Both the position numbers and the translations under genes were made by a program. Positions 27,060 to 40,441 of a stretch of DNA of 64,000 nucleotides are shown piece by piece. Below the pieces are notes generated by a model. That model did no database searches. It was not told where the DNA came from and worked only from the letters and a program-made list of their open reading frames with translations. Each line of letters begins with the position of its first letter. The stretch's first letter is position 1. This stretch comes from Mobula birostris (taxonomy: Eukaryota): positions 167,584,031 through 167,648,030 of the forward strand of contig NC_092371.1 of NCBI RefSeq assembly GCF_030028105.1, read 5' to 3'.

Positions 27060-27838
27060 ACATACTTTATACTTTATTGTCGCCAAACAATTGATACTAG
27101 AATGTACAATCATCACAGCGATATTTGATTTTGCGCTTCCTGCTCCCTGGATTACAAATCGACAGTAAATATTAAAAATTTAAATTGTAAATCATTAATA
27201 GAAAATAGAAAAATGGAAAGTAAGGTGATGCAAAAAAACCGAGAGGCAGGTCCAGATATTTGGACGGTACGGCCTAGATCCGAGTCAGGATCCGTTCAGC
27301 AGTCTTATCACAGTTGGAAAGAAGCTGTTCCCAAATCTGGCCGTACGAGTCCTCAAGCTCCTGAGCCTTCTCCCGGAGGGAAGAGGGATGAAAGGTGTGT
27401 TGGCTGGGTGGGTCATGTCCTTGATTATTCTGGCAGCACTGCTCCGACAGCATGCGGTGTAAAGTGAGTCCAAGGACGGAAGATTGGTTTGTGTGATGTG
27501 CTGGGCTGTGTTCACGATCTTCTGCAGCTTCTTCTGGGCTTGGACAGGACAACTTCCATACCAGGTTGTGATGCACCCTAGAAGAATGCTTTTTATGGTG
27601 CATCTATAAAAATTAGTGAGGGTTTTAGGGGACAGGCCAAATTTCTTTAGTTTTCTCAGGAAGTAAAGGCACTGCTGGGCCTTCTTGGCAGTGGACTCTG
27701 CTTGGTTGTGATATTGACCCCGAGGAACTTAAAGCTTTTGATCTGTTCCACTTGCGCACCACCAATGTAAATTGGGTCGTGTGGTCTGCTACTCCTTTTT
27801 AAGTCAACAACCAATTCCTTCGTCTTGCTGACATTGAG
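27060..27838 (-). mobile_element. Rex1-type LINE 3' fragment
   Basis: LNVSKTKELVVD..FKFLGVNI; RIIKDMTHP..PLPSGRR..FGNSFFP. Confidence 0.8.
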
Positions 27839-30800
27839 CAACACACACATTTTGTGCGTGTTGCTGAATGGGCAGTTAATTCTGGTATTGTAGGATATGC
27901 CCACATCCCAAGAAAATTTGGGCAGTTTTACAGTACAAGGAACGTGGTTTATTTCCTGCTGCCGCCAGTAAGGAGTTTGCATATTCGCCTTGTGTCTGGC
28001 AGGTTTCCTCTGGGTGCTCTGGTTTTCTTCCACAGTCCAAAGACGTACAGGTTGGTAGGTTAATTGATCATTGTAAACTAATTAGACTAGGGTTAAATCG
28101 GGGAATTGCTGGGCAGAGCACTTCAAAAGGCTGGAAGTGCGCTATACTGTACCTCAATAAATAAATAAATAAATAGATAAAATAAGGTTTTTTAAAAAAT
28201 CTTGTTTTAAAGCTACAGTTTGTTATAGATTAGCAGTTTTCATCTATTCACATATCAGGAACAACATGCACAAGTTGGAATCTTTACAGAGCTTTCAATG
28301 TTTTCCAATTTATACCTTTTCAAACACACATTGATGAAAAACTACAAAGTAATGACAGGCATCCTGGACAAATTACTTGACATTTGGTGACTAATTTGAT
28401 TACAATGAAATTTAGAAGTAAATCTACTAAGTTACTTATTTGGTTGACAAGGTAATCAGGTGTCACTCCCAAAATCTCATTTCGACTTCAGCCAACAATA
28501 GGACATATTGTGATACATGTTAAAAGAACTGCACTACAATGAGCACCATCTCCTGATAGAGAACAGACAATCGGCACGGTTAAAGAACAAGAACATTCTG
28601 AGGTTTATCAGTTTCACATCATTAGTTCAGACTCAGAATCAGGTTTATTGTCATTGACATGTGTCATGAAACTTGATGGCGGAGGGAAATCTGAATGCTC
28701 AGTTGCAATCAAATGGATTGTCTTTAACAATTCTCCCATATTCTCAAAGGTCAAACTTTTTTTTTAACTTGTACAAATGACCTTGATGAAGAGACTGAAG
28801 CCATGGTTGCTAAATAACACAAAGTTATGAAAAGGACACAAAAGGAGGCCATGTAGATTAATCAAATAGGCACAAATGTGGAGTATAATATTGGAAAATG
28901 TGAAACTGTCCATTTTTGGCAGGAAAAATCTACACAAATTAAAATCCAAATGGTGAAAGATTGCAGAGCTGGAGGTGCAAAAGACTGGCATCCAGGTACT
29001 GGAAGTAATTATTGCCACGGAAACAAAATACAAAAGCTATGCATCATTTAAATAAATAAAAAGTGTTGATGAAACTACATCTGGGTGAATACATAATGTT
29101 CTCTTCGCTTAAGAATATTTATGCATCAGATGCAGTTCAGTGAAAGTTTATACAAGACAAAAAAAATAAAAACAGGTGTAGTCTGCTGGCCTTTTGAGTC
29201 AGTCTGTGATTAAGGCTGATCTTCTATCTCTGTAAACACAAGAGATTCTGCAGATGCTAGAAATATTAAGCAATACAAAAAAAGTGCTGGAGGAACTCAG
29301 CAAATCAGACAGCATCTATGGAGGGGAATTAACAGTTGATGTTCCGGGAGAGACCTTTCATTAAAATGTTGAGCTTTTATTTTATTTCAGTGAGCCTTCA
29401 GAATACCCCAATGAAGAGGACTACCTTCCAAGTCGTGAAATTTCTCCTTTCATAGCTGTCTAAATCTCAGACCCTTATTTGGAAACTGTGTCCCTGTCCC
29501 TAACTCATCCACAAGAAATATCCTCTGTGCATTCATCCCTGTAAATGCAATATGTTGCAATGAGATCTCCTCTCATCCTTCCGAAGTGAAGAAAATACAG
29601 TCTACTCAATTTCTTCTCATACAACAAACCAATCCCTTTCCTGGAACTAGTCTAGTACTGTACTCCTTTATGGCAAGTAGGTAAGCAGATCAAAACAGAG
29701 CAATATTCCAGATGCAGACTCACCAAGACATAATACAAATGCAATAAGATTTCCTTATGTCTGCATTCAAATTCTCTTGTAATGAGGGCTAACGTGCCAT
29801 TTGCCTAGATGCCGTTGCTACATGTTGGCTGTCAGTGACTTGCGTAAAAGCATATCCTGGTATACAAGAACATCATTATCAAGTGAATGACCTCACATCC
29901 TTCCACCCCACCATATATTCCATCAACCATGTTTTCTCCAACTCACTCAAGAAGTCTATTTAATGGAATTGGTTTATTCTTGTCATATGTACAGTTGCAT
30001 CACTATCTGGTACGGAGGCACCTGTGCACAGGATCGGAAAAAGCTGCAAGGGTTGTAGACTCCATCACAGGAACGAGCCTCCACACCATTGAGGACATCT
30101 TCAAAAGATGATACCTCAAGAAGGTGGCATCTATCATGTGGCACATGCCCTCTTCTCATTTCTACCATCACAGAGGAGGAACAGGAGCCTGAAAACACAC
30201 ACTCAATATTTTAGGAACAGCGTCTTCCCCTTCACTGTTAGATTTCTGAAACCCAGCTTTGTACTCTCTTTTTGTACTATATATTATTGTAACTTATAGT
30301 AAATTTATGCATGCACTGTAGTGTTGCTGCAAAACAATATATTTTAAGACACATATCAGTGGTAATAAACCTGAATCTGAGATATGGTGAAAAGCCTTGC
30401 AGACAAATCATTCTATACGCAAACAGTGGGAGGAAAAGCAGAATGTAAAATATAGTGCAATAATTATCAAGTGCAATGCAAGTAGACAATTTAAATCCGA
30501 CCTCTATACTTTTATGTCCTACATTCAGAGTTTGCTCTTTCTTCAAGACTCAAAATCCCACCAAGATTAGTAGTGTCAGCAAGCTTGGAAATATGACACT
30601 TAGCCCCTTCAGTCAAATCCTTGCAGTAGACTGTAGAAAACTGGGGGATAGTTGTACACTATGCTACTGGTCAAAGTCTGCTAATGCAAAAATCATTGAT
30701 TAAAGAGTATCTTTATTTGTGACATGAAGATTGAAACACACAGTGAAATGCATAGTTTGCATCAAATCAAATAGGATGTGCTGGAAGCAGTCACAAGTAT

Positions 30801-31678
30801 CAACTTGCTTCCAGCCCAACATATCATAAACACAACTTAAAAATTGGTCAAACAAGCTTGTAACAACTGAAGTCTAATAAAGTGAGAGAGGACATTATTG
30901 AAACAGGACAGACACAGAAGGCTTTCAACTGGGTGGACGTAAAGAAGTTATTTCCTCTTGTCTGAGGATCTAGAATTAAGTAGTCACTAATTAAAAGTGA
31001 ATCTTCATCTATTTTAAAAAGTTGAGATAATTTAGTTTTCTTTCTCAGAGGATCATAAGGCTTTGAAACTCTCTTCTTCGAAGCGTAGTGGAAGCAGCCT
31101 TGGACCATTTTCAAGGTACAAGTTGACAGATGCTTGATATGCAAAGGAGGGCAGTGAAAGGTTATTTCTAGCAGATTGTAAACAGAACTAAATTACAATC
31201 CGATTAGCCATAATTTCATTTAATAGAAGAGTAGGCATGAGAGGGCCAAATAACTGAATCCTGTCCCTAATTTGTATGTTTACAAGTAAAATCAATTTCA
31301 TAGAAACTCTAGTTTCTTATCCGTAACCACACAAACTTAACATGAAGAACTAACTAGTAAAGTAACTAAGATTAATTCCAAGTTTCTAGGATTAATCCTC
31401 AGTGTGCATGATCAATTAACAAATATTATGTTCAACACACCTCATTGCTGCATTAATCAGTCCAGAATTTGCCTCACTCATTAGTGCAGAGTGCATGCAA
31501 GGTTTGAAGCCAGAGCAGGGGGTCTGAAGTAGGGCTGGGGTGCACACTGTGGGCAATGCATACGGCATTCATACGGTCCATTTCAGAGGACCTGTCCTGG
31601 GTCCACTTTGTAGGTGTCTCAACAAAGAAAGCTCGGCACAGTCTTTACTTTCTTCGAAGTTTGTGAAGATTTGGTATG

Positions 31679-32194
31679 CAGACATCCCACCCTGCAAAAA
31701 CTCATTTTAGGGAGGTAGCACCATCAATTTGCGGGAGACTCCCGGAACTTCCGGGAGCGGTGGGATGTCTGCAACAGGGTAGCTCCTTAGCAGCTAGCCA
31801 GCTACTTTAAATAACGTTAGCTATGCTAATGAACGAATGACAACTGTTAAACTCACCTCAACATGTCTTTTAGTCTTAATCCACCATAGGCAACAGAAAA
31901 GTCACTGTTGCAAACAGCACAGCGAGGAACACTGTCATTATTTTGACCCCTATCAGGCAGGTGTACACTTTAGGGTAGTCTGGGGTGACATACGTTTTAT
32001 ATTTTCTTTTTTTGGAACACTCTCCCATGGCGCGCTCTCGCTTTCTCTCTCACTCGTGCTCTCGCTTGCTCTCTCTCTCTCGCTCGTTCTCAAAAAATTG
32101 ATTTCCGTGATATTGTATATAATTTGCAGGCATCAGGGAGCCACTATTAATATGTGGGGGACTCCCGGAACTTCCGGGAGAGGTGGAATGTCTG
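31679..32194. mobile_element. Non-autonomous DNA transposon with 6-bp TSD, inserted in a Rex-type LINE (~31640-32757)
   Basis: Ends CAGACATCCCACC / GGTGGAATGTCTG; GGTATG duplicated at 31673-31678 and 32195-32200; the host RT reads RFGMTSKTLTNFYRC across the site. Confidence 0.8.
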
Positions 32195-35100
32195 GGTATG
32201 ACATCTAAAACTTTAACTAACTTCTATAGATGTGCACTAGAGATGAAATTGAGTGGTTCTATCACAGCCTGGTACAGAAACACTAATGCCTTTGAATGGA
32301 AAATCCTACAGAAAGTAGCAGATACAGCCTAGTCCATCACAAGTAAAGCCTTCCCCACCATTGAGCACATCGACATCAAACACTGTTGTGAGAAAGCAGC
32401 ACCTATCACCAGAGGACCTGCACTATGTAGGCCCTGCTCTGTTCTTGCTGCTGCCATCAGGAAGGAGGTACAGGAGCCTCAGAACTCACACCACCAGGTT
32501 CAGGAACAGTTATTACCCCTCAACCACCAGCCCCTTGAACCAAAGGGGTAACTTCACTTACCCCAACACTGACTTATTCCCACAACCTAAAGATTCACTT
32601 TCAAGGACTCTTCATCTCATCTTCTCGATAAGTGTTGCTTATTTATTATCATTTTGCGTTTTTTTTTCCCTTTCTTTGTATTTACTGTGTAGGCTTGCAA
32701 GAAAATGAATCTCAGGGTTGTATAGGATGACATATATGTACTTTAAATTTCTTTGAAGCCAGAGCTGTGGTCTGGAACACCACAGACCAAGAAACATGAA
32801 CCAGGTCTGCAGTGGGAGCTGCTTGTATTTTTCCTGCTCTCTACATTCATTGGAAATGTTATTATACTACAGGCTATTCCCAGATAACAGGTTCTGGTTT
32901 TTACAAATGCCCATAAGTTGACTTTGTCTGTAAGTTGGAAAATGGTTTTAAAGGCACTTAAGACTGATTGAAAAAAAATTACTTAACGCAACACACACAA
33001 AATGCTGCAGGAACTCAGCACATCAGGAGGCATCTATGAAGAAGAATAAACAGTCGATGCTTTAGGGCAAGACTCTTCACCAAGACTGGAAAGGGAGCAG
33101 ATGCCAGGCTTCCGAAGGGTCTTTGCCCAAGATATTCCTCTCCTTAAATGCTGCCTGATCTGCTGAGTTCTTCCAGCATTTTGTGTGTGTTGTTCTGGAT
33201 TCCCAGCATCTACAGAATTTCTTGTGTTTAAGGGTAATTAATTACTAAGTATGAAGAAAGGGGAAACCAATATACAAATGTCACCCATCTGATTTATTAA
33301 ATCTATAATAGATGGCAGGCCAGTTGTATGTATAGTTATCCATAACCCAGGAGAATCGGGTCGAGCGGGATAATAATTCAGCCATGATGGAATGGTGAGG
33401 CAGACTCAATGGGCCAAAAAGCCGTACTCTGGGACCGAAATCTTGAGGTTTGGGATGATGGACAGCAACACTGAAAACTGCTAGTCCAGCCCTATCAAGG
33501 TCCCAAGAGCACAAGATTATCAGAGCTTTACTGTCTTAGAACACTTACCTCAGAGCAAAGACTGCAAATACCATCCCAGACATCTGAACACAAATTTTAT
33601 TCAAGTTCTCTACACAAATTCTATTTCAAATCAAGAAATAGTCTTAGGTGGGATGTTAGTTATAACTTGTCACCTCATGTAGATATAAAGGCTAGTTAAC
33701 ATAGATCATGGATAAACACAAAAGATTCTGTAGATGCCAGAAATCTTGAACAGCACATACTAAATGCTGGTGGAACTCAGCAAGTCAGGCAACATCTATG
33801 GAGGGGAATAAACAGATGACATTTCAGGATCAGACCCTTCATCAGGACCTGTATTGTATACCATACATCTTCTTGGATTAAGTCGCACACAAACTAGTTG
33901 TTACAGAACCTACACTTCACTTCCTGAGGTGTGTCAGCAATGGAAGACAATGAGTAGTGTGGATCCAATATCTTAATTTGGGTTCTGCTCTCGCCCATCA
34001 AATTCTCTGGAAACTTGTATCAGAAGCCTTACTGGACAGTGCAGGAACTGAAAGCATTCTGGTGTTGCAGATAGGTGACTCATGTAGCTCTCAAATGAAA
34101 AGCTGAATACAAAAGGAACTTTATATCAAAGAGAGAATATTTTGCGACATCATAAAAATCATTTCCTTAAAATAAAAGATTCACATTGCCCATTCACCGG
34201 AATTTATTATCCACTTTAACATATATGAGATGTTAAAATATTTGAGATGACAGCTTAAAACATTTCTTTGCGTCCTGTAGTGGGGTTGTATGTCTGACTG
34301 TACACCTTTACTATTACGAGCTTGGCAATCAATAAGACAAAGCTTAGAACCTGTAAAAAACAAATTTCATTTCTACAGTGTATTTTCTGACCTCAGACAA
34401 CCTCATCCACTGCAGTGCCTTTGAAGTGTACTTACTGTTGTGATATAAGCAGCATGACTTTCAATCCCTACCTACAACTAATGTAATAACAACAGATTTT
34501 GTTGAATTACAGTTCCTACGACACCAGGAATAGTTCCCACAGCTCCGAAGCATCATGGGGTATTTGACAGCCACCAAAAACTGCAGCAAGAACCTGCAGT
34601 TGCTAGAAATTCTGAGTAATACACCAAGTGCTAGAGGAACTCAGCAGTGTAGACAACATCTACGGAAAGGAATAGAGAGTTGACATTTCCGGGTGAGACC
34701 TCCAAAACTCTGTATTCCTCTGCATATATTATGCCTGACCTGGAGCATTTTATGAGCAGAGATCTCAAGTTTGATATAGTAGAATAATGATGACTCAGTA
34801 ACTCCTCTGCCACTCCTACCCAGACTGGCTCATGTGTAACAACAAGCAGAATGAGATACCAAAAGCAATATCATTAATTGAACATGGCTTGAATAAAGTG
34901 GTTGCAAGTCAGTGCTCAGAAAAGAACTGATTGGTGACAAGTGCCAATGACTCCAACATTCTATGCAAAAATACAAAAGCACACCAGAATGTTCTAAGAA
35001 CGATCAAACTAGATTTTTTGCTAAAACTCAGAATTGAAAGTTCAATTGAACAAGTCACTGCTAACAGATTGGCTTTAGTACAATATCAGTGCAGCCAAAA

Positions 35101-36582
35101 ACATGACTGTATAATTGGCCCTCTTAAACAGAGAATAGAAACTTGACAAGTAGTGGAACTGAATCATCTGAACTATCAATTCCCTAATAATGCTTTCTAT
35201 TACAAAACTAAGCAGTCCAGAAGCCAGTATTCTCCATGAGTCTTCCTCAAACATGAAAACCTGTCCTGAGCATGCAAGTCCATTGTTTAAAACCTGTTTA
35301 AAGACACCTGAAAGCAGCAAAGACTGCCAGCATATTAGTGTATTTCTGTATGCCCGTGCTGTTCTGTTGCTGTAGTTAATCCACTTCAAGGTTTGATGTG
35401 CCATGCTCTTCTATACACCACTATTGTAATGTGTGGTTATTTGAGTTACTGTCACCTTCCTGTCAGCTTGAACCAGTCTGGTCATTCTTCTCTGACCTCT
35501 CCCATTAACAATGCACTTTCGGCCACTGAGCTGCTCACTGGATTTTTTTTTTCTTTTTCACACCATTCTCCGTAAACTCGAGAGACTTGTGTGTGAAAAC
35601 CCCAAGGGATCAGCAGTTTCTGAGATACTCAAACCACCCCATCTGGCACCAACAATCATTCCACAGTCAAAGTCACTTAGACCATATTTCTTCCCCATTG
35701 TGATCTGAACAACAACTTTTGATCATGTCTGCATGCTTTTGTGCATTCAGTTGCTGCCACGTGGTTGGCTGATTAGACATTTGCATTAGTGAGCAAGTGT
35801 GCCTAATAAATTGGCCATGAGTATACATCTAAATTATTGTTCTTCTCTTTTGGGTATATTTCTCATTCCACTTGCTGAAGTCTCCTTGTGACTATACATT
35901 GTAAACAACAAATTATTTAAATAATACAAAAGCTCAAATAGAGCAGTATGCTTTTAAGAGCACCTTAAAAGAGAATAGAACCATTTAGGAAATGAATAAT
36001 TGAGCCTTGGGGCAAAATACAATGCAGCAGAACTGGCAGAATTAGACAATTCATAGCCAGGGTTTAAGGCTGGAACAGGTCACAAAGAAATGCTTTAAGC
36101 CAAAAGAGATGCTTGAAGTATTTTTGCAGTATGACATTGCCAGAACCAGGATGAGGGGTGAATGGAAACAGAGGCAAGTGTGATGACTATGTGACTGAGT
36201 TTTGTTTTCTCTCATGCTTAAAGGGGTAGGCTCTCAGCCTGAAACATCAACTATTTGTTCCCCTGCATAGACGCCAGGTTCTTGCAGCATTTTGAGCGTT
36301 TTGTGCTGGATTTCCAGCATCTGCAGGGTGCCGTGTTTAAGATCAGTTAAACCACTTAGATAGAGAATGGCTAACACAACAATTCAAAGTGCTGGAGGAA
36401 CTCAGTAGGTCAGGCAGCATCTATGCAAAAGAATACAGTCAACGTTTCGGGATTTTTAAATCTACTCTTTTTTTCCTCCAGTCCCGCTCAAATGTCTTGG
36501 CCTAAAATGTTAACTGTACTCTCTTCCATAAATGCTGCCATGCCTGCCGAGTTCCTTCAGCATTCTGTGTGTTACTAATGTA

Positions 36583-37227
36583 TAGTCACTGCTATAATGG
36601 AGGGAGGAGAAGATGGCGGCATGACACAGCGCACGTGGCTATTCCGAATTGATATCGTATCTGTGAAGTAGGATGCCGTTCACAATTCTGATTTGATAGA
36701 GACAGACGTGAAGAAGCACAGAGGAACATCTGGAGAAACTTCAGAAATGCCTGCTTCACTGCCGCTGCTACTGTGCAATCGAGAATCTCCGGAGGGAAGG
36801 CCCCAAATCCTCGGCCTTGCCTGTTGCCGGGGCCGGGGTTGAAGCGCTCGGCGCATCGGTGTCCGGGAGCTGGTCGGAGGCTCGGAGTTTTCGGACGGAC
36901 TGGGAGTTGGACTGTGGTCAGATGCTTCCCGGATGCTGCATCGGCAAGTTTGCGGCACTGGAGGTTTACCATCTGCATGAGATGATGGGACTTTTGAGAG
37001 ACTTTGAGACTGTACCATGCCCATGGGTCTGTTCTTATCAAATTACAGTATTGCTTTGCACTGTTGTAACTATATGTTATAATTATGTGATTTTTGTCAG
37101 TTTTTCAGTCTTGGTTTGTCATGTGTTTCTGTGATATCATTCTGGAAAAACATTGTATCATTTCTTAATGCATGCATTACTAAATGACAATAAAAGAGGA
37201 CTGCGTGTCCTCATAATCTAATCTAAT
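36583..37227 (+). mobile_element. Non-autonomous LINE-derived (bipartite) retroelement; second 3' copy at ~41925-42152
   Basis: 5' AAGATGGCGG (YY1-type) start; 3' AATAAAA-GAGGAC..GTCCTC stem-loop and (TAATC)n tail; possible TSD CTAATGTA. Confidence 0.65.
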
Positions 37228-38654
37228 CTAATGTAGAAATTGCAGCAGCTCAATTGCACATAATAAAGATCTACAAACATCAATGTGATGGCAACTAATC
37301 TTTTATTTTGGTACAGTAGCCCAGAATCTGACCCTGCAGTTCGGGTCTCGTCATCGGCTAGTCCGGTGGTCGATACCAAAGATTGGAGTCTGAAGGTCAA
37401 TCGAAAGTCCTGAAGTCGAAGGACCATCACAATGTGTGGGTGGTAGAAGGGACTTGGTTTGCTGTTGTTTTATTATTGGAGTTGTTCTGTGCCAGCAGGC
37501 TGTCCCCAGGCACATCCCGATGTGTGCTAGTTGTTCACTGTATGTTTCGATGTGATAAATAAATCTGAATCTAACCACCAAATCTTTAGAAAAAAAGAGC
37601 ACTGGAACTATTAATGGACTTTGAAGACATGTCAACACAGTGCACTCTGACCTTCAAGTCATTGTTACCTATTTTGTTATTAGAAACACCGCTCCCCCCG
37701 GTCTGCAGGTCACTGCAGGTGTTTCAGCCAAGGACGACAAACCTCTTATAGGGAATGTGAACAGGAGCTGCTTGATCAGAATCACAGATCCGATTGTAAT
37801 TATACAAGGCTTGCTTCTCTGCCGTAGGTAAGCGCAGTGTGTTTCATTCAAACCATTGTATAGATCAATTGCCCTCAATTTCCACAAGCCTTCAACTATA
37901 AATTTGTGGAGGAGGTTTGAGGAATTCTGTATTGGCCTGCACTGCACCTGATATAAGTAAACAGACAAAGCAGAAGCCGGCTTCAGGAGCTGATTTTAAT
38001 TTAACACAATAGCCAGGAACTGCATTTTTTTGCCCAGCGCAGCTAAACCGAAACTAACCATGAGTAACCATTTGCAGAATTCAAGTGCTACACTTCAGTT
38101 TAGTCCCAGTAGTCTGCCGTTAAAATGCGGTATCTGAAATCCAAGTAAAATTCGACTCGATTTGACTACATTGTTCGCACGACACGACCCAGATTCTCTG
38201 CATCGTTTGAAAAGCTTTAGAAAACATATTTTCACGGTATCTTTAAAATACTATCGAGACGTTAATACCGATTCTCGATATGACAACACGTAAACGATTT
38301 TTTTTAATCCAAGTATTTTAAAACTACAGTGGTACACGCTGGCTGCAGAAACAAACAAACCAACCCTCGGATCATCCCATCATAAATGCCATTGCTTTAC
38401 TTCGACGGGCAGTTCAAAGAATAAAACGGTGCCTATGTTACAACGACTGGTCCAGCCATAACGTTGCCGCACTAAATAAGCAGTTTATATTTGCCGTTGC
38501 TTTGTCATGCAGCATACTCCAACTACATCAAACACATATCTGCAGTGGGAAAACCCCAGTGTTACAACACGACACTCGAAAAACCCTAATTAAACTACAA
38601 CACCGGTCGGTTATTTTTTGAGCAACCAGAAAAAAATGTAACGTTTCCTTTTAC

Positions 38655-38714
38655 CTTCATGTTAATTCGAAATATACCAAATCGGCGCCCGAAGAAAGTC
38701 AACTGTCGTTATTC
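38655..38714 (-). CDS. ARID4B: ARID4B exon 2: 54 nt of 5' UTR plus ATG AAG (Met-Lys, 38660-38655)
   Basis: Acceptor TTCCTTTTCTTTAG|, ATGAAG|GTAAAA donor; splices in phase 0 to 15317 to give MKAIDEPPY, matching the known MK|ALDEPPY exon split. Confidence 0.88.
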
Positions 38715-39505
38715 CTAAAGAAAAGGAACACAGACAAAAAATCCATTTGGAAAAAGAACTGATCGACATCTCCTTTCAGGACAGACTCCCACCACCAGCC
38801 CCAACCCCCACTCCGAGAATGGCAAGCGAGGCAATGCCACTACAGGATTGTCGGTCGCAAGTGACGATATAATTCCCACATTATCTTCGTCTTCTCCTTT
38901 AGACGCGAATGTTACCTTTGCCTGGCACTTATACACAGCAGCGGAAAGAAAAGATGATGAATGGCGGATGGGTTGAAATGCACAGGATCAGGAGGGGTTG
39001 TAATCGTGCGGCTGATGCATTTCAATCCCCCCACCCCCTCCACCACTCTCTAGTTATGTCAATGACGCCATTTCAGCCGGATCCCAAAGTTACACACGGA
39101 CTGCATCAGTGCCAGAGCTCGGGGAAGTGAGACGAGTTAAGAGGGCCGGGAGATGGAGGGTGAGAAGGTGCAAAAGGTCAGGGAAACGAGGAGAGAAAAG
39201 GTAAAGAGGGGGTAGACGCGAGTCTTCACAATCACTGGCCACACGTACACAGAGCGGAGCTGGCACGCCACGATCACCATTTAACAGCGAAGCGCTGCTA
39301 GACATCCCGCAAACCCCTCTCGCCCGAGCTCAATCTCCCAAAGCACCGACAACGACTTGAGAGAGGGCCGGAGTTGCTCACTCGCCAGGACTGCTCTCGA
39401 CCACCCCTCCCTTCCCCAACTAGCGCCTTTGAAGAGGAGGTGGGTTGCGGTGATTGACACGGGGAGTCCTCAGAGCCGCCGCGGCTCCTCATTGTTTAAA
39501 CTTAC

Positions 39506-39860
39506 CCTCACACCCACCCAACCAACAAGCACAACCCTCGCCGAAGAGCGAACGGAGCCACCCTATCCTCGCCCGTCGCTCCCTCACCGAATGTGGAGAC
39601 TGCAGCAAGAGCGGCAGCGTCGCCTCACAGGCCGGGGCCGCCCGCCCGCTGTCCGACCCGGCTTCTGTTCGGCATTCAAGCCGCGATCGAAGTAGGGGAA
39701 CGCGACGACCAACTCTTGCTTCCCCGAGCCCCACACGCAGAGGTGGTCCACTATCTGCCGGGACTGACAGAGAGACACAGGCCGCTGTTAAAGCGCCAGT
39801 CGCCAGCCAAAAGCAAACGGGGGGGGGGGTAGAGAATTAAAAAAAACACACACTCGACCC
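39506..39860 (-). other. ARID4B: ARID4B non-coding exon 1 (5' boundary approximate)
   Basis: GC/CpG-rich segment ending in a strong donor GAGG|GTAAGT at 39506/39505, directly downstream of the promoter motifs. Confidence 0.65.
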
Positions 39861-40440
39861 CTCTCAGCAACAAACAACCCTTCCCATTGGCTCACCGTCA
39901 CACGGCAACCACGGCACTAGAGCGCTCATTGGCCTTTCCCCTCCTTCCCCTGGACCGGACAGCCTGCGCCGCATCGGCGCTGCCGGGAGTTGAAGTTCAC
40001 TGTTCCTCCGACACCACTGAAAAGATAAGAAGCAAAACTACATATCCCGTTGTTCATGGCGAACGACGGTGGCTTAAAAATACCGCATGCGCACTAATCA
40101 GCTAGGCGATCCTTAAAAAGGGTTACTGCGCAGGCGCAGTGATATTAGGATGGCGTAGATTTGGATGAGGTAAAGTGGGGGGAAGTTGTCTGGGGTAAAT
40201 GGCGTCGTTGTTGTCCTCGTCCTAGGATCAAGTCGCCATTGCTTTTTTGTCTTATTAGGCCTTGTTTGGGGTCGCTCTGAAATAACTGTGACATGTTTTA
40301 TTTTTCCACGTCAAAAGAAAGAAATAACATTAAGGAGAAAGGGGAGGCGCGAAAGCGGAAGTGGGCAGGCCGTAACCCGGAGGCAGACGGCTCAAGCCGG
40401 TCGATGCACGGCGGGTTTTATTGCTGCGTCACGTTTCAAC
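39860..40440. promoter_or_regulatory. CpG-island bidirectional promoter
   Basis: Two ATTGG (CCAAT) boxes ~39886-39932; ZNF143-type ACTACATATCCC 40037-40048 and an opposite-strand copy 39984-39997; NRF1 CGCATGCGCA 40084 and TGCGCAGGCGCA 40127; YY1 ATGGCG 40147 and 40197; ETS GCGGAAGTG 40355; CRE-like GCGTCACG 40426. Confidence 0.8.
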
Positions 40441-40441
40441 A
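40360..40441 (+). other. Putative non-coding first exon of the divergent gene (GGPS1 by synteny inference)
   Basis: ETS motif followed by donor ACA|GTAAGT at 40441/40442; ARID4B is head-to-head with GGPS1 in human; no GGPS1 coding exon recognised in the window. Confidence 0.45.

Noticed and set aside
39298-39840. Overlapping GC-rich ORFs near the promoter
   Set aside because: Expected from stop-poor CpG-island sequence; no recognisable domains
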